A stretch of 64,000 bases of DNA from Candidatus Lindowbacteria bacterium RIFCSPLOWO2_12_FULL_62_27. Lineage in GTDB: Bacteria; Lindowbacteria; 2-12-FULL-62-27. The notes under the pieces are model-generated. The model was given only the letters and a program-made list of their open reading frames with translations, did no database searches and was not told the DNA's origin. Every line of letters starts with the position of its first letter. Position 1 is the first letter of the stretch. The stretch lies in contig MFPR01000040.1 in NCBI GenBank assembly GCA_001784175.1, positions 44,955 through 108,954 on the forward strand. Direction: 5' to 3'. Of this stretch, positions 20,027 to 28,823 are shown one piece after another. The position numbers and the translations under genes were made by a program.

Positions 20027-22426
20027 TTGCCTCCCTGCAACAAATTTCTGGTTGTGTCTCTCGCGCTGGTCCTTTCGGCCATCGGCGTTCTCCCGGACCC
20101 TGCCCGGGCAGACTACCGGGAAGTGTTTGACATCAGTGGCAACCACGTTTTCGCTGGTGAAGAACTCCTACGGATGGAGGGTACGTCTACGACCGGTCCA
20201 GGGTCTGGTGCGTTTGATTTTGTCAATGACCAGCGTCTGTACCGGGACTGGGGTGCAACGGTCAACGTCACGGAATGGGTCAACAATATGCAGTACAATC
20301 TCGATTTTGGCCGTGTCGGTACATGGTTCACGCCGCTGACCCTTCACAAGGAACGGTTCCGGCCCGGATACGCGAATAAGTTATACGACCGCTGGTGGGA
20401 CCAGCGCACCGTGCGGTTCCGGCTGTCCAAGGCCGACCGGGAAACCACCATGCTGTTCGCCAAGACCGCGAACGCCAACGACGACGATGAGTGGTGGGGA
20501 AACACCGCCGCGTACGACAACATCGACATCGACCGCTACTTTTTCGCGTTCCGCCACCGCTTCAACCTCGCCGGCCAGACGCTCGGGTTTTCCTTCGCCA
20601 ATGAGCATTTCTCATCCTTTAAAGGCGGCGGGATCGACCTCGAATCGCCTCTGCAGGGCGACATCCCGGACGATACACCGGTGGTCATCGCGGTGCTCGT
20701 CCGGGATGATTCGCCGCTGGACAAGGACGGCAATACCGACCAGGCCGGCGCCGCCGTGTACAACATCAGAACCTTCGTGGATGGCGCGGAGGACGCCTCC
20801 TTGGCGATCACCAACGGCGATCCCGCGGGCGCCAATACCGTGCGGTACGGCAATTTCATCGAGTCGGCCGACCGCGTTGAGATGATCGGTCCGACGTCCA
20901 CCGGTTTCTCGCACTTTGTGGTCTTCTATTTCCTGCCCCCCACCACCGCCAAATCCGTGAAATTCTTCATCGATGTGGCCGGCGATTACAACATCATCGC
21001 CGCGCCCATCTCTCTGGCCGATTTCAACGGCCGAAGCCTCACCCCGTTCAGCCTGCCGTTTCTCAAGACCACGCGCGCGAAAGGGAACATCCGCGATAAC
21101 TCGAACCGGCAGACCGTTGAGGTGTCGGTCAACAAATTGACTGGCCAGAGCGTCTTCGGCATCGATCTCCATGGGCTTGTCCCCTGGGTCAACGTCGCCT
21201 TTAACGCCGAAATCGCGCGTTCGTTTCGGTACGGCAAATATCCCGTCCAGAAGGGCATCCAGACCTCGGAACACGCCGATGCCCTCTATCTGGAGCTTTC
21301 AAGGGATTTCGGCAAGGTCCTCATGGTCACCAAGGCCTGGGATTTCGATCTCGACTACGACGCATCCTTCGCCGTGGAGGACAACGACGACCGCGACGAT
21401 CAGCCGGATGTCGTCGATTACTACACGTCGAATCTGCCGGGCATCGACCGCAACAACGAGAGCGGCCCGGATTACGAGGAGGACTGGCTGCTCTTTACGG
21501 TCGACCCGCCCGTGTTTCTGGAGGGCGTCGATTACAACAACAACGACGTGCTCGACAACCTCGAAAACGACGCCAAGCCGGACTACCCGAACGGCTGGAT
21601 CGTCGGCACGCGCGGGTTCCACAGCACCCTCGCATGGAAGCCGGTGGCGGGGCTTCGGCTGACGGGCGGGTACCGGGACGAGAAGCGGGCCGTCGATGAA
21701 ACCTCCAACCGCCTGCATCACGCCCGGGCCCGGTATTCGTTCGGCCTCCCCGGCGGCGACGCCGTCCTGCGTTACGATTTCAAACGCGCGAAAGACACGA
21801 TCAACAACGACCTCGTGACGATCCCGTACGATTACGCCCAGCGCACGGAAAACCAGACGGACACCTTGGTGTTTCGCGACGCCATTCGCCAGCAGGCCGA
21901 CGTCACCCTGAATTTCCGGCCGGTCGAAAAACTGCCGATCACCGCGCGATACGCGCACGTGTTCCAGCGGCGGAAATACAACACGAGCATCGTCAACCAG
22001 GGCATCGCGATTCTGCGCGGGCAGTACGAGAACTGGCATCCGTTCCGGAGCGTCGGGTTTCTCGCCGACTGGCAAATCCTGCCGCTGTTCAAATTCCAGC
22101 GTGAATTTTCGTTTTCGGAGGCGGCCCAGAAACGCACCCACCTCTCCGACTTCTTCACCCAGTCCTTCGGAATCGAGGCCATCCGGAAGCTTTCGGACAA
22201 GACCAAGTTTTTCATGGGACACCAGATCCAGAGCCAGTCGAATTTCCTGTCGCAGACCGACTATGACCGGGGCGTGACGGCCTTCCAGCTTGTTCACAAG
22301 AACCGGTTCCGGGACAAGGAGGTTGTCATCACCACCGGCGTGAACATCATCTCCAAACGAAGCGAAAACGCCGCCGACAACCTCGAAACGATCTTCTCGT
22401 ATTTCAGGTCGTACTTCCAATGGTAA
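20027..22426 (+). CDS. Uncharacterised putative outer-membrane beta-barrel protein with Asp-rich Ca-binding-like loops
   Basis: Probable TTG start at 20027 (uncertain); signal peptide ending PARA; alternating beta-strand pattern; C-terminal YFRSYFQW (BAM-type aromatic end); motifs EDNDDRDDQPD, DRNNESGPD and DYNNNDVLD. Confidence 0.6.
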   Translation: MPPCNKFLVVSLALVLSAIGVLPDPARADYREVFDISGNHVFAGEELLRMEGTSTTGPGSGAFDFVNDQRLYRDWGATVNVTEWVNNMQYNLDFGRVGTWFTPLTLHKERFRPGYANKLYDRWWDQRTVRFRLSKADRETTMLFAKTANANDDDEWWGNTAAYDNIDIDRYFFAFRHRFNLAGQTLGFSFANEHFSSFKGGGIDLESPLQGDIPDDTPVVIAVLVRDDSPLDKDGNTDQAGAAVYNIRTFVDGAEDASLAITNGDPAGANTVRYGNFIESADRVEMIGPTSTGFSHFVVFYFLPPTTAKSVKFFIDVAGDYNIIAAPISLADFNGRSLTPFSLPFLKTTRAKGNIRDNSNRQTVEVSVNKLTGQSVFGIDLHGLVPWVNVAFNAEIARSFRYGKYPVQKGIQTSEHADALYLELSRDFGKVLMVTKAWDFDLDYDASFAVEDNDDRDDQPDVVDYYTSNLPGIDRNNESGPDYEEDWLLFTVDPPVFLEGVDYNNNDVLDNLENDAKPDYPNGWIVGTRGFHSTLAWKPVAGLRLTGGYRDEKRAVDETSNRLHHARARYSFGLPGGDAVLRYDFKRAKDTINNDLVTIPYDYAQRTENQTDTLVFRDAIRQQADVTLNFRPVEKLPITARYAHVFQRRKYNTSIVNQGIAILRGQYENWHPFRSVGFLADWQILPLFKFQREFSFSEAAQKRTHLSDFFTQSFGIEAIRKLSDKTKFFMGHQIQSQSNFLSQTDYDRGVTAFQLVHKNRFRDKEVVITTGVNIISKRSENAADNLETIFSYFRSYFQW

Positions 22427-22455
22427 CTATCCACCTCCTCTCCCCCCGCAGGGGG

Positions 22456-25014
22456 ATGCGATGTTGGCCGGCCGTCCTTGTCCTCGCCTTGATGTGCATG
22501 TCTCCATCGGCGGTCCATGCGGCCGGGCTCATTGACAGTTTTGAAAATGACAATGCTCTTTCTGACGGTTCTGGCGCAGACGGTAAATGGGTTGTCGGAT
22601 CCGGGACTTATACGCTGACTTACGAATCGAACCGAACGTTTTTTTCGAAAGGCGCGATGCGTGTCGATTATAACAAGGCAGGCACGGCTTATACTTGGAT
22701 TGAAATTAAGGGTGTCGATACAAACATTGGCGCCAATTTCTCCAACGACACATTCATGACGGCTCGAGTTTTTGGCGCCGTCTCCATCCTGGCTAAATTC
22801 CGCGATGACGACTGTGAAAGTGATGTGCAGGTCGCCACGACTACGAATGCGACGGGATGGTCGCTTGTCACTTGGAAATATAATCCCAATGCACAGGTAG
22901 TTGGCTTATGTACCATCAATCCGAATAATATAAAAGATATGCTGTTCTTTGTGGCTCCGGGGGATACTGCCCCATCCGGAACCTTTTACATGGACAACCT
23001 CTGGCTCGGGTACGGCTATCCGAACGCCCCCGACACCGTGACCAACCTCATCGCCGTGCCGGGACCCAAAAACGGGCAGGCGCGCCTGAGCTGGACCGCG
23101 ATCGGGGACACGAACGGGCAGGACCGCGTCAAGCAGTATCTGATCCGGCAGAGCACGAGCACCATCACAGAGTCCGGGTTCAATTCCCTGACGGACCTGA
23201 CCGGTATTCCGGCGCCGTCGGCCGCCGGAACGCTCGATTCGATGATCGTGTCCGGCCTCACGGCCGGCCAGACCTATTATTTCGCCATCAAGGCGGTGGA
23301 TACGAACAGCCAGACCGACAGCCTGTCCAACGTGGCCCAGTCGGCCGCGCTGTCCTCCTCGGCCGGCAGCCTCGTCTTTGACGATTTCTCCGATGGATAC
23401 ACCAAGCCAAACGGATTCGGCAAGGACGTCGGCCAGTGGTCCAGCGGCGGCGCGACCATTTTCATCTCGACGGCCGCTCCCGCCAATTCGCTCGGCAACA
23501 TCGGCGGCGCGCTGGATATCACCTACAACCGAGGCACCGGCGAGTGCGGGTACTATTCCGTCTTGGGCGAAACGGACCTCTCCGCCTACAAGGGCATTTC
23601 TTTCTGGGCGCGCGGCGCCCTCGGTGGGGAGGAATTTCTGATCGGGTTGAAATCGGTTGTGAACGGCAAGGAATCGAAACTGCGCGCCCACGTCTATCTC
23701 AAGCAGGCGCGGATCACGGCGGCGTGGCAGAAAATCGTGATCCCGTTCGCCGCCTTTAACAAACTCGATCCCAGCGAGGTCGCCACGAGCGGGACGCCGA
23801 CCAATCCGCTGACGAAAATGGAAAACGTGTCGTTCACGTTCGGCACCCAGACGGCCTCCGCCTCCGGACAGGTCTTCATCGACGACATCGCGTTCGTGAA
23901 ATCCGTGCCGGTCGTCTTCCTCGAAAATTTCGACACCACGGCCGATCCGTCCGAAGGCACCCACGCGGCGGGCGGAAACGAGGGCGACCTCAATACGAAC
24001 AACGACGATCCCTTCATAGTGGAAAACGGACACGCCAAACTCACGTCGACCATCGCCAACCAGGGGGTATTTCTGACCCTGCTCCAGTTCGGCGACAGCA
24101 CCGGACTCGGGGACAAGACGACGCCCTTCATCGAGGCGACGCATATTTCCTTGTACGCGCGCGGCAACGTCGGCGGAGAATCGCTCGAGATCAACCTTCA
24201 GGACAAGTACAATCAAAGCCGGGCTGTGAACGTGCGGGACGTTCTCGGCACGGCCCTTCCCGCCGTCTGGACAAAAGTGTCGGTTCCGCTGATCCTGTTT
24301 CCCGGGGTCGACATGACGTTCATGGACGCCGTCCATATCCGTCTGGCCGAGGCCGGCAAGATCGCGTTCATCGATTCGATCGTCTTCGACGACAGCGCCA
24401 CGCCCACCGCGCCGTCCAATCTCCTCCTGAACGGCGTCCTCGCCACCGCCAACGCGCCCCTCACGACCCGCAACACCCTCAGCGTCACGGCCGACGACGG
24501 CGCCACGGACGTCAGCATGCAGGAGGTCCGCTTCGAGTACTCGACCACCGGCGGGTCGGACTGGAGCCTGATCGGTGTCGACCGAGACGTCGCCGATAAC
24601 ACGTACCAGGTAATCTGGGTCACCCGCAACATCGCGGGCGCCCCTTTCTACGCGGCTGTTCCCGTCAACCTCTCCTACCGCGCCGTCGCCGTGGACGTCG
24701 CGGGCAACACCACCGCCACGGCCGCGCTGGCGGCGTCCACGATCAACACGAGCAACGTGGTCGTCTATCCCAATCCCTACTATCCGTTGCAGGGCGGAAA
24801 AATGAAAATCACCAACCTGTCGACCGGCGCGACGGTCAATATCTACACGCTCTCGGGCGAGCTGGTTGTGCAGCTCCTGGATTCCGACAACGACGGCCAG
24901 GTCGACTGGACGGGCGTCAACAAGGGCGGCGACCGCGTCGCCAGCGGCCTGTACCTCTACGAGGCGATCCTCTCGGCGGGTAGAGAGCGCGGAAAGCTGG
25001 TTGTAATTAAATGA
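22456..25014 (+). CDS. Secreted multi-CBM (CBM11/CIA30-like x3) + FN3 protein with a T9SS type-A/FlgD-Ig-like C-terminal sorting domain
   Basis: Signal peptide MRCWPAVLVLAL...AVHA; FN3 motif LSWTA...GLTAGQTYYFAIKAVD; C-terminus VVVYPNPY...VNIYTLSGELV...WTGVNKGGDRVASGLYLY...GKLVVIK. Confidence 0.75.
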   Translation: MRCWPAVLVLALMCMSPSAVHAAGLIDSFENDNALSDGSGADGKWVVGSGTYTLTYESNRTFFSKGAMRVDYNKAGTAYTWIEIKGVDTNIGANFSNDTFMTARVFGAVSILAKFRDDDCESDVQVATTTNATGWSLVTWKYNPNAQVVGLCTINPNNIKDMLFFVAPGDTAPSGTFYMDNLWLGYGYPNAPDTVTNLIAVPGPKNGQARLSWTAIGDTNGQDRVKQYLIRQSTSTITESGFNSLTDLTGIPAPSAAGTLDSMIVSGLTAGQTYYFAIKAVDTNSQTDSLSNVAQSAALSSSAGSLVFDDFSDGYTKPNGFGKDVGQWSSGGATIFISTAAPANSLGNIGGALDITYNRGTGECGYYSVLGETDLSAYKGISFWARGALGGEEFLIGLKSVVNGKESKLRAHVYLKQARITAAWQKIVIPFAAFNKLDPSEVATSGTPTNPLTKMENVSFTFGTQTASASGQVFIDDIAFVKSVPVVFLENFDTTADPSEGTHAAGGNEGDLNTNNDDPFIVENGHAKLTSTIANQGVFLTLLQFGDSTGLGDKTTPFIEATHISLYARGNVGGESLEINLQDKYNQSRAVNVRDVLGTALPAVWTKVSVPLILFPGVDMTFMDAVHIRLAEAGKIAFIDSIVFDDSATPTAPSNLLLNGVLATANAPLTTRNTLSVTADDGATDVSMQEVRFEYSTTGGSDWSLIGVDRDVADNTYQVIWVTRNIAGAPFYAAVPVNLSYRAVAVDVAGNTTATAALAASTINTSNVVVYPNPYYPLQGGKMKITNLSTGATVNIYTLSGELVVQLLDSDNDGQVDWTGVNKGGDRVASGLYLYEAILSAGRERGKLVVIK

Positions 25015-26456
25015 GAATACTTGTTTCGTCGCTCCTCGTGGTCTGTGCCTGTTTCAACGCGTTTGCCGGCGGCGTCGGCACCACCGGCGCGAATTTCCTG
25101 AAAATCCCCGCCGGCGCGCGCGGGATGGCGGTGGGCGGCGCGTTCGGTGCGGTGGCCGACGACGCGTTCGGCGCGTACTGGAACCCGGCCGGGATCGTGG
25201 AGACGGCGCGCGCCCAGACAGGATTCAGCCACGTCGAATGGTTGGAGGGGATCAGTTACGAACACGTCAGCGCGGTGGTCCCGCTCGGCCGCGGCCGCAT
25301 CACCTCCCTGCCGCTTCTGGTCGACGATTTCGACGACGGCGCCGATCCCAACGCCCTCGGCGGGCCCATCGGCGCATGGTCCGATCAGGACGCCGGCGGA
25401 TCGTCCATCCTCACCACCGGATATCGCGCCGAAAGACGCGGGCGGTCTTATCGCGTCACCTATCTGGTCCAACCCAGGCCGGACGGCAAGCCCGGTGCGG
25501 CCGGATGGTGGATCGGGATGGAGGGCCGGAACGTGAAGAGCTACCGGTTTCTGGCGTTTCGCATCCGCGGCGCCTACGGCGGGGAGACCGTGACCATCGG
25601 CCTGAAGGACAAAAAGCAGGTTGAAACGCGGGTGGCGCTCTCCGCCTACGGCGGCGTGACGGCGTCCTGGCGAGAGGTGCTGATCCCGCTGGCCGATTTC
25701 AAGAACGTCGATCTTACCCAGCTTGACAATATATCGCTGGCCTTCGCCGGGTCCGGCGCGGTGTATCTCGACGACCTCATGTTTTCCGGCAAGCGGTCCA
25801 GCGTCCACGGCCTCGGGGTTTCCGCCGGGTATCTCACGTCCGGCAAAATCCCGAGAACGGTCGAGATCGCCGCGTTTCCGTTTTATCAGGAGGTCGGCAG
25901 TTTCGATGTCGGCGCGTCGGTCCTCGGCGTCACGTACGGCCGGGGATTCCTGCTCGGCCCCGTCTATATGCCGGCCGGATTCACCCTGAAATACATCGGC
26001 GAGAATCTCGCCGAGGAACACGCCTCCGGATACGCCCTCGATGTCGGGCTTCTCCTCTCCCCCGCCGACAGCCGCCGGTTCCGGTTCGGCGTGTCCATCC
26101 AGAACATCGGATCGATGAAAGCCTTTGTCCAGGAAGCCGACCCGCTGCCGCTCAACGTCAAAACATCGTTTCTCCTCAAGTCCGATTCCGGCCGCACCCT
26201 CTTCTCGGCCGACATGGACCTTCCCGTCGACGAAGAACCCAGGTTCCGGCTGGGCATCGAGTCGTGGCTCTTCAGATTCTTCAGCCTGCGCGCCGGGTAT
26301 GCCTTCGGCGAAAAAGGCGAAGGACTGCGCGGCGCCGCCGCCGGCCTGGGCGTTCAACTCGGCGGCGTCGTGATCGATTATGCGTTTACCCCGTGGGGCG
26401 ATCTGGGCGACGCCCACCGGTTCTCGGCCACGCTGGTGTGGGGACAGGCCCGATGA
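25011..26456 (+). CDS. PorV/PorQ (UPF0164, FadL-like barrel) family protein with an inserted CBM11/CIA30-like domain
   Basis: GTTGANFLKIPAGARGMAVGGAFGAVADDAFGAYWNPAG plug motif; barrel end IDYAFTPWGDLGDAHRFS; about 160-aa insert LLVDDFDDG...VYLDDLMF. Confidence 0.8.
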   Translation: MRILVSSLLVVCACFNAFAGGVGTTGANFLKIPAGARGMAVGGAFGAVADDAFGAYWNPAGIVETARAQTGFSHVEWLEGISYEHVSAVVPLGRGRITSLPLLVDDFDDGADPNALGGPIGAWSDQDAGGSSILTTGYRAERRGRSYRVTYLVQPRPDGKPGAAGWWIGMEGRNVKSYRFLAFRIRGAYGGETVTIGLKDKKQVETRVALSAYGGVTASWREVLIPLADFKNVDLTQLDNISLAFAGSGAVYLDDLMFSGKRSSVHGLGVSAGYLTSGKIPRTVEIAAFPFYQEVGSFDVGASVLGVTYGRGFLLGPVYMPAGFTLKYIGENLAEEHASGYALDVGLLLSPADSRRFRFGVSIQNIGSMKAFVQEADPLPLNVKTSFLLKSDSGRTLFSADMDLPVDEEPRFRLGIESWLFRFFSLRAGYAFGEKGEGLRGAAAGLGVQLGGVVIDYAFTPWGDLGDAHRFSATLVWGQAR

Positions 26457-27676
26457 GAAGGAGATTTTGGATTTTGGATTTTGGATTTTGGATTGTCGGG
26501 ATACTTCTGTGCTGGAGCCTCTCGGCCGTCGCCGCGCAGCCGCCCGCTGCGACGCTCCTGTTTGCGCCGCCTGGCGCCGGGAGCGTCGGTATGTCGGCCG
26601 CCGGCGCCGAGGACATCGGGTCGGCCCTCTGGCACAACCCGGCCGGACTTGTGCATCTGCGGTACCGCGAGATCGAGGCCGGGTTTGGCAGCAACTCGAA
26701 CGGATTCGACGCGCACGCCGGATATTTCGACCCGGGTAAACCCATTCTCGGTTTGCCGATGGCGTTCCGCTTCGACGCGCTGACCTCCAACGTCCTTCTC
26801 AGCGACACCAGCCCGGATCGGAAGTTCGGCGACGGCCATCTGATCGCCGTTTCCGCCGGCGCCGGTTTTTACGCCGCTTCGCGGTTGTCGCTCGGTGCGG
26901 CCACGCGGTTCTTCCATCTGAAAGCTCCGGCCGGAAACGGCGTTGGCGCCGTCGCGGATCTCGGCGCGATCTACCGCCCCGGCGAATTGATCCGATTCTC
27001 ATACGGCATCAAAAACCTTGGCTTCGTATCCAGCATTCCCGGTAGCCAGGGCGACATGCCCGTGACCCAGCTTTTGGGCGTTCACGTCAAATCCCCCGCG
27101 CGGGGCAACATCGCGATGGACGCCGTCCTGGGCTGGCCGGCCGACCTCAAGGGCTTCTGGAGTGTGGCCGGGACCTACCGGTTCACGGAGTCGTTGGGCA
27201 TGCGATTTCATCTGGCCGAGGCCAAAGACATCCCGGTCATCGACGGGCGCGGGATTGGATTCTTTCTAAACACATATTGGGGCAAGTTCGATCTGTCGTA
27301 TCAGTTGGCGGAGCTTGGAAATTTCCTCAGGTTCACCTGGATCCGCCGATCGAGCCGGCCCCCTGAAACCTACCCACCCCTCCTCCGGAGCCGGCCGCGT
27401 CCCCCCCCCGCCGCGGGCTCTATTATATATGGAGAGGCGGAAGGTGAACCTGCGAAGGAAAAGACCGGGTCGCCGGCCGGATCAGCGCCTCCGGCGCCGC
27501 CCGGGCGGATCAAGGATGCCGAAGGCACCCCGGCGGTGGCGACGCCGGTGGACGCGGAACCGCCGTCCACGGAGGAGTTTTTCCGTCCGGCCCCCAAGCG
27601 TCCTTCTGTGCCCGAAGGTCCGGCCGCCGACGCCGACGCCCCGGCGGCCGTCGCTGTCCCGGTGGACGAACGATGA
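26453..27676 (+). CDS. Divergent second PorV-like barrel protein with a Pro/Ala-rich C-terminal tail
   Basis: ATG 26453 overlaps the previous TGA; PGAGSVGM...ALWHNPAGL, AVADLGAIYR, FSYGIKNLG and FDLSYQ. Confidence 0.6.
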   Translation: MRRRFWILDFGFWIVGILLCWSLSAVAAQPPAATLLFAPPGAGSVGMSAAGAEDIGSALWHNPAGLVHLRYREIEAGFGSNSNGFDAHAGYFDPGKPILGLPMAFRFDALTSNVLLSDTSPDRKFGDGHLIAVSAGAGFYAASRLSLGAATRFFHLKAPAGNGVGAVADLGAIYRPGELIRFSYGIKNLGFVSSIPGSQGDMPVTQLLGVHVKSPARGNIAMDAVLGWPADLKGFWSVAGTYRFTESLGMRFHLAEAKDIPVIDGRGIGFFLNTYWGKFDLSYQLAELGNFLRFTWIRRSSRPPETYPPLLRSRPRPPPAAGSIIYGEAEGEPAKEKTGSPAGSAPPAPPGRIKDAEGTPAVATPVDAEPPSTEEFFRPAPKRPSVPEGPAADADAPAAVAVPVDER

Positions 27677-27749
27677 AAAAGGATCCGTTGCCGTACTTCA
27701 CCGCAATGACAATATTGCGAACCCATGCTATAAAGGAGGTTCTACCGAT

Positions 27750-28799
27750 ATGATCAAGAAGAAACTGCTCCAGAACGGGGCGTCCCGCAAGTCCAACATC
27801 TATGACGTGGCCGAGGAGGCCGGCGTGTCCATCGCGACCATTTCCCGCGCCATGAACAATCCCGCGATCGTCTTTCCCGAAACTCTCAAGCAGATCGAGA
27901 CGGCCATGAAAAAGCTCCGGTACCGGCCCAGCCCCGAGGCGAAATGCCTCGCGCAGCAGAAGAGCGACCAGATCGCCGTGTTCCTGTCGCCTCACGATGA
28001 GGTCCACTATGCCCTCGTCGTCATGAACTTTCTCGTCGGCATCATCTGGGGCGCCGAAAAGAACCGGCTTCGCATGACGGCGCATATGCTGTTCAAGACC
28101 GAGGAGGAAAACGCCGCCGTGGACGTGACGACTTCCCTGGAAGGCGCGATCATGATGGCGGACATGAAGCGCAGCGGGGCCTTGAGGGAACTCGAGCAAA
28201 ACAAAGTCCCGGTCGTCTATTTGAACTGCACCGACCATCCCAAAAAACACCGGATCACGGTGGACGACGCCGCCGGCGCCGGACTGGCGCTGGAGCATCT
28301 CATCCAGCTCGGCCACGAGCGTATCGCGTTTCTGACCGGCGAGATGACCACGATCAGCGGCCTCGCCCGCGCCCGTGGCTGCCAGGAGACTTTGAAAAAG
28401 CATGGCCTGCTCGAAGCGACGGAAAAGAACAGGTTTTTCCGAAACGCGCGGTTCGACCAGAAGATCGCCTACGCCGAAACCCATGACCTCCTCCGGCAAA
28501 CCCCGCGGCCCACCGCCATCTTCGCCGCCAGCGACTGGATGGCCCTCGGGGCCATCACCGCGATCCGCGAAAAAGGCCTGGCCGTGCCCCGCGACGTCTC
28601 CGTGGTTGGATACGACAACTCCATCCTCGCCTCCCAGGTCACGCCGCCGCTCACCACGGTCCACCAGCCGTTCGTGGAAATGGGCAAGGAAGCGGTGGCG
28701 GCCATCCTGAAGATCCGCGAGGAATCCGGCCGCGTCTATCACAAGACGCTGGAGCCGAGTCTCGTGATCCGGGAAACCACGGCGCCGCCGGCCAAATGA
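27750..28799 (+). CDS. LacI/GalR-family transcriptional repressor
   Basis: RBS AAGGAGGT then ATG 27750; HTH SNIYDVAEEAGVSIATISRAMN; PTAIFAASDWMALG, VPRDVSVVGYDN and PPLTTVHQP. Confidence 0.95.
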   Translation: MIKKKLLQNGASRKSNIYDVAEEAGVSIATISRAMNNPAIVFPETLKQIETAMKKLRYRPSPEAKCLAQQKSDQIAVFLSPHDEVHYALVVMNFLVGIIWGAEKNRLRMTAHMLFKTEEENAAVDVTTSLEGAIMMADMKRSGALRELEQNKVPVVYLNCTDHPKKHRITVDDAAGAGLALEHLIQLGHERIAFLTGEMTTISGLARARGCQETLKKHGLLEATEKNRFFRNARFDQKIAYAETHDLLRQTPRPTAIFAASDWMALGAITAIREKGLAVPRDVSVVGYDNSILASQVTPPLTTVHQPFVEMGKEAVAAILKIREESGRVYHKTLEPSLVIRETTAPPAK

Positions 28800-28823
28800 A
28801 CCGCCGGCCCGACGGGTTCTGAA

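Noticed and set aside
27702-27734. ATGACA-N17-TATAAA promoter and CGCAAT/ATTGCG palindrome before lacI
   Set aside because: The predicted start site would fall downstream of the strong RBS, so it could not be supported.
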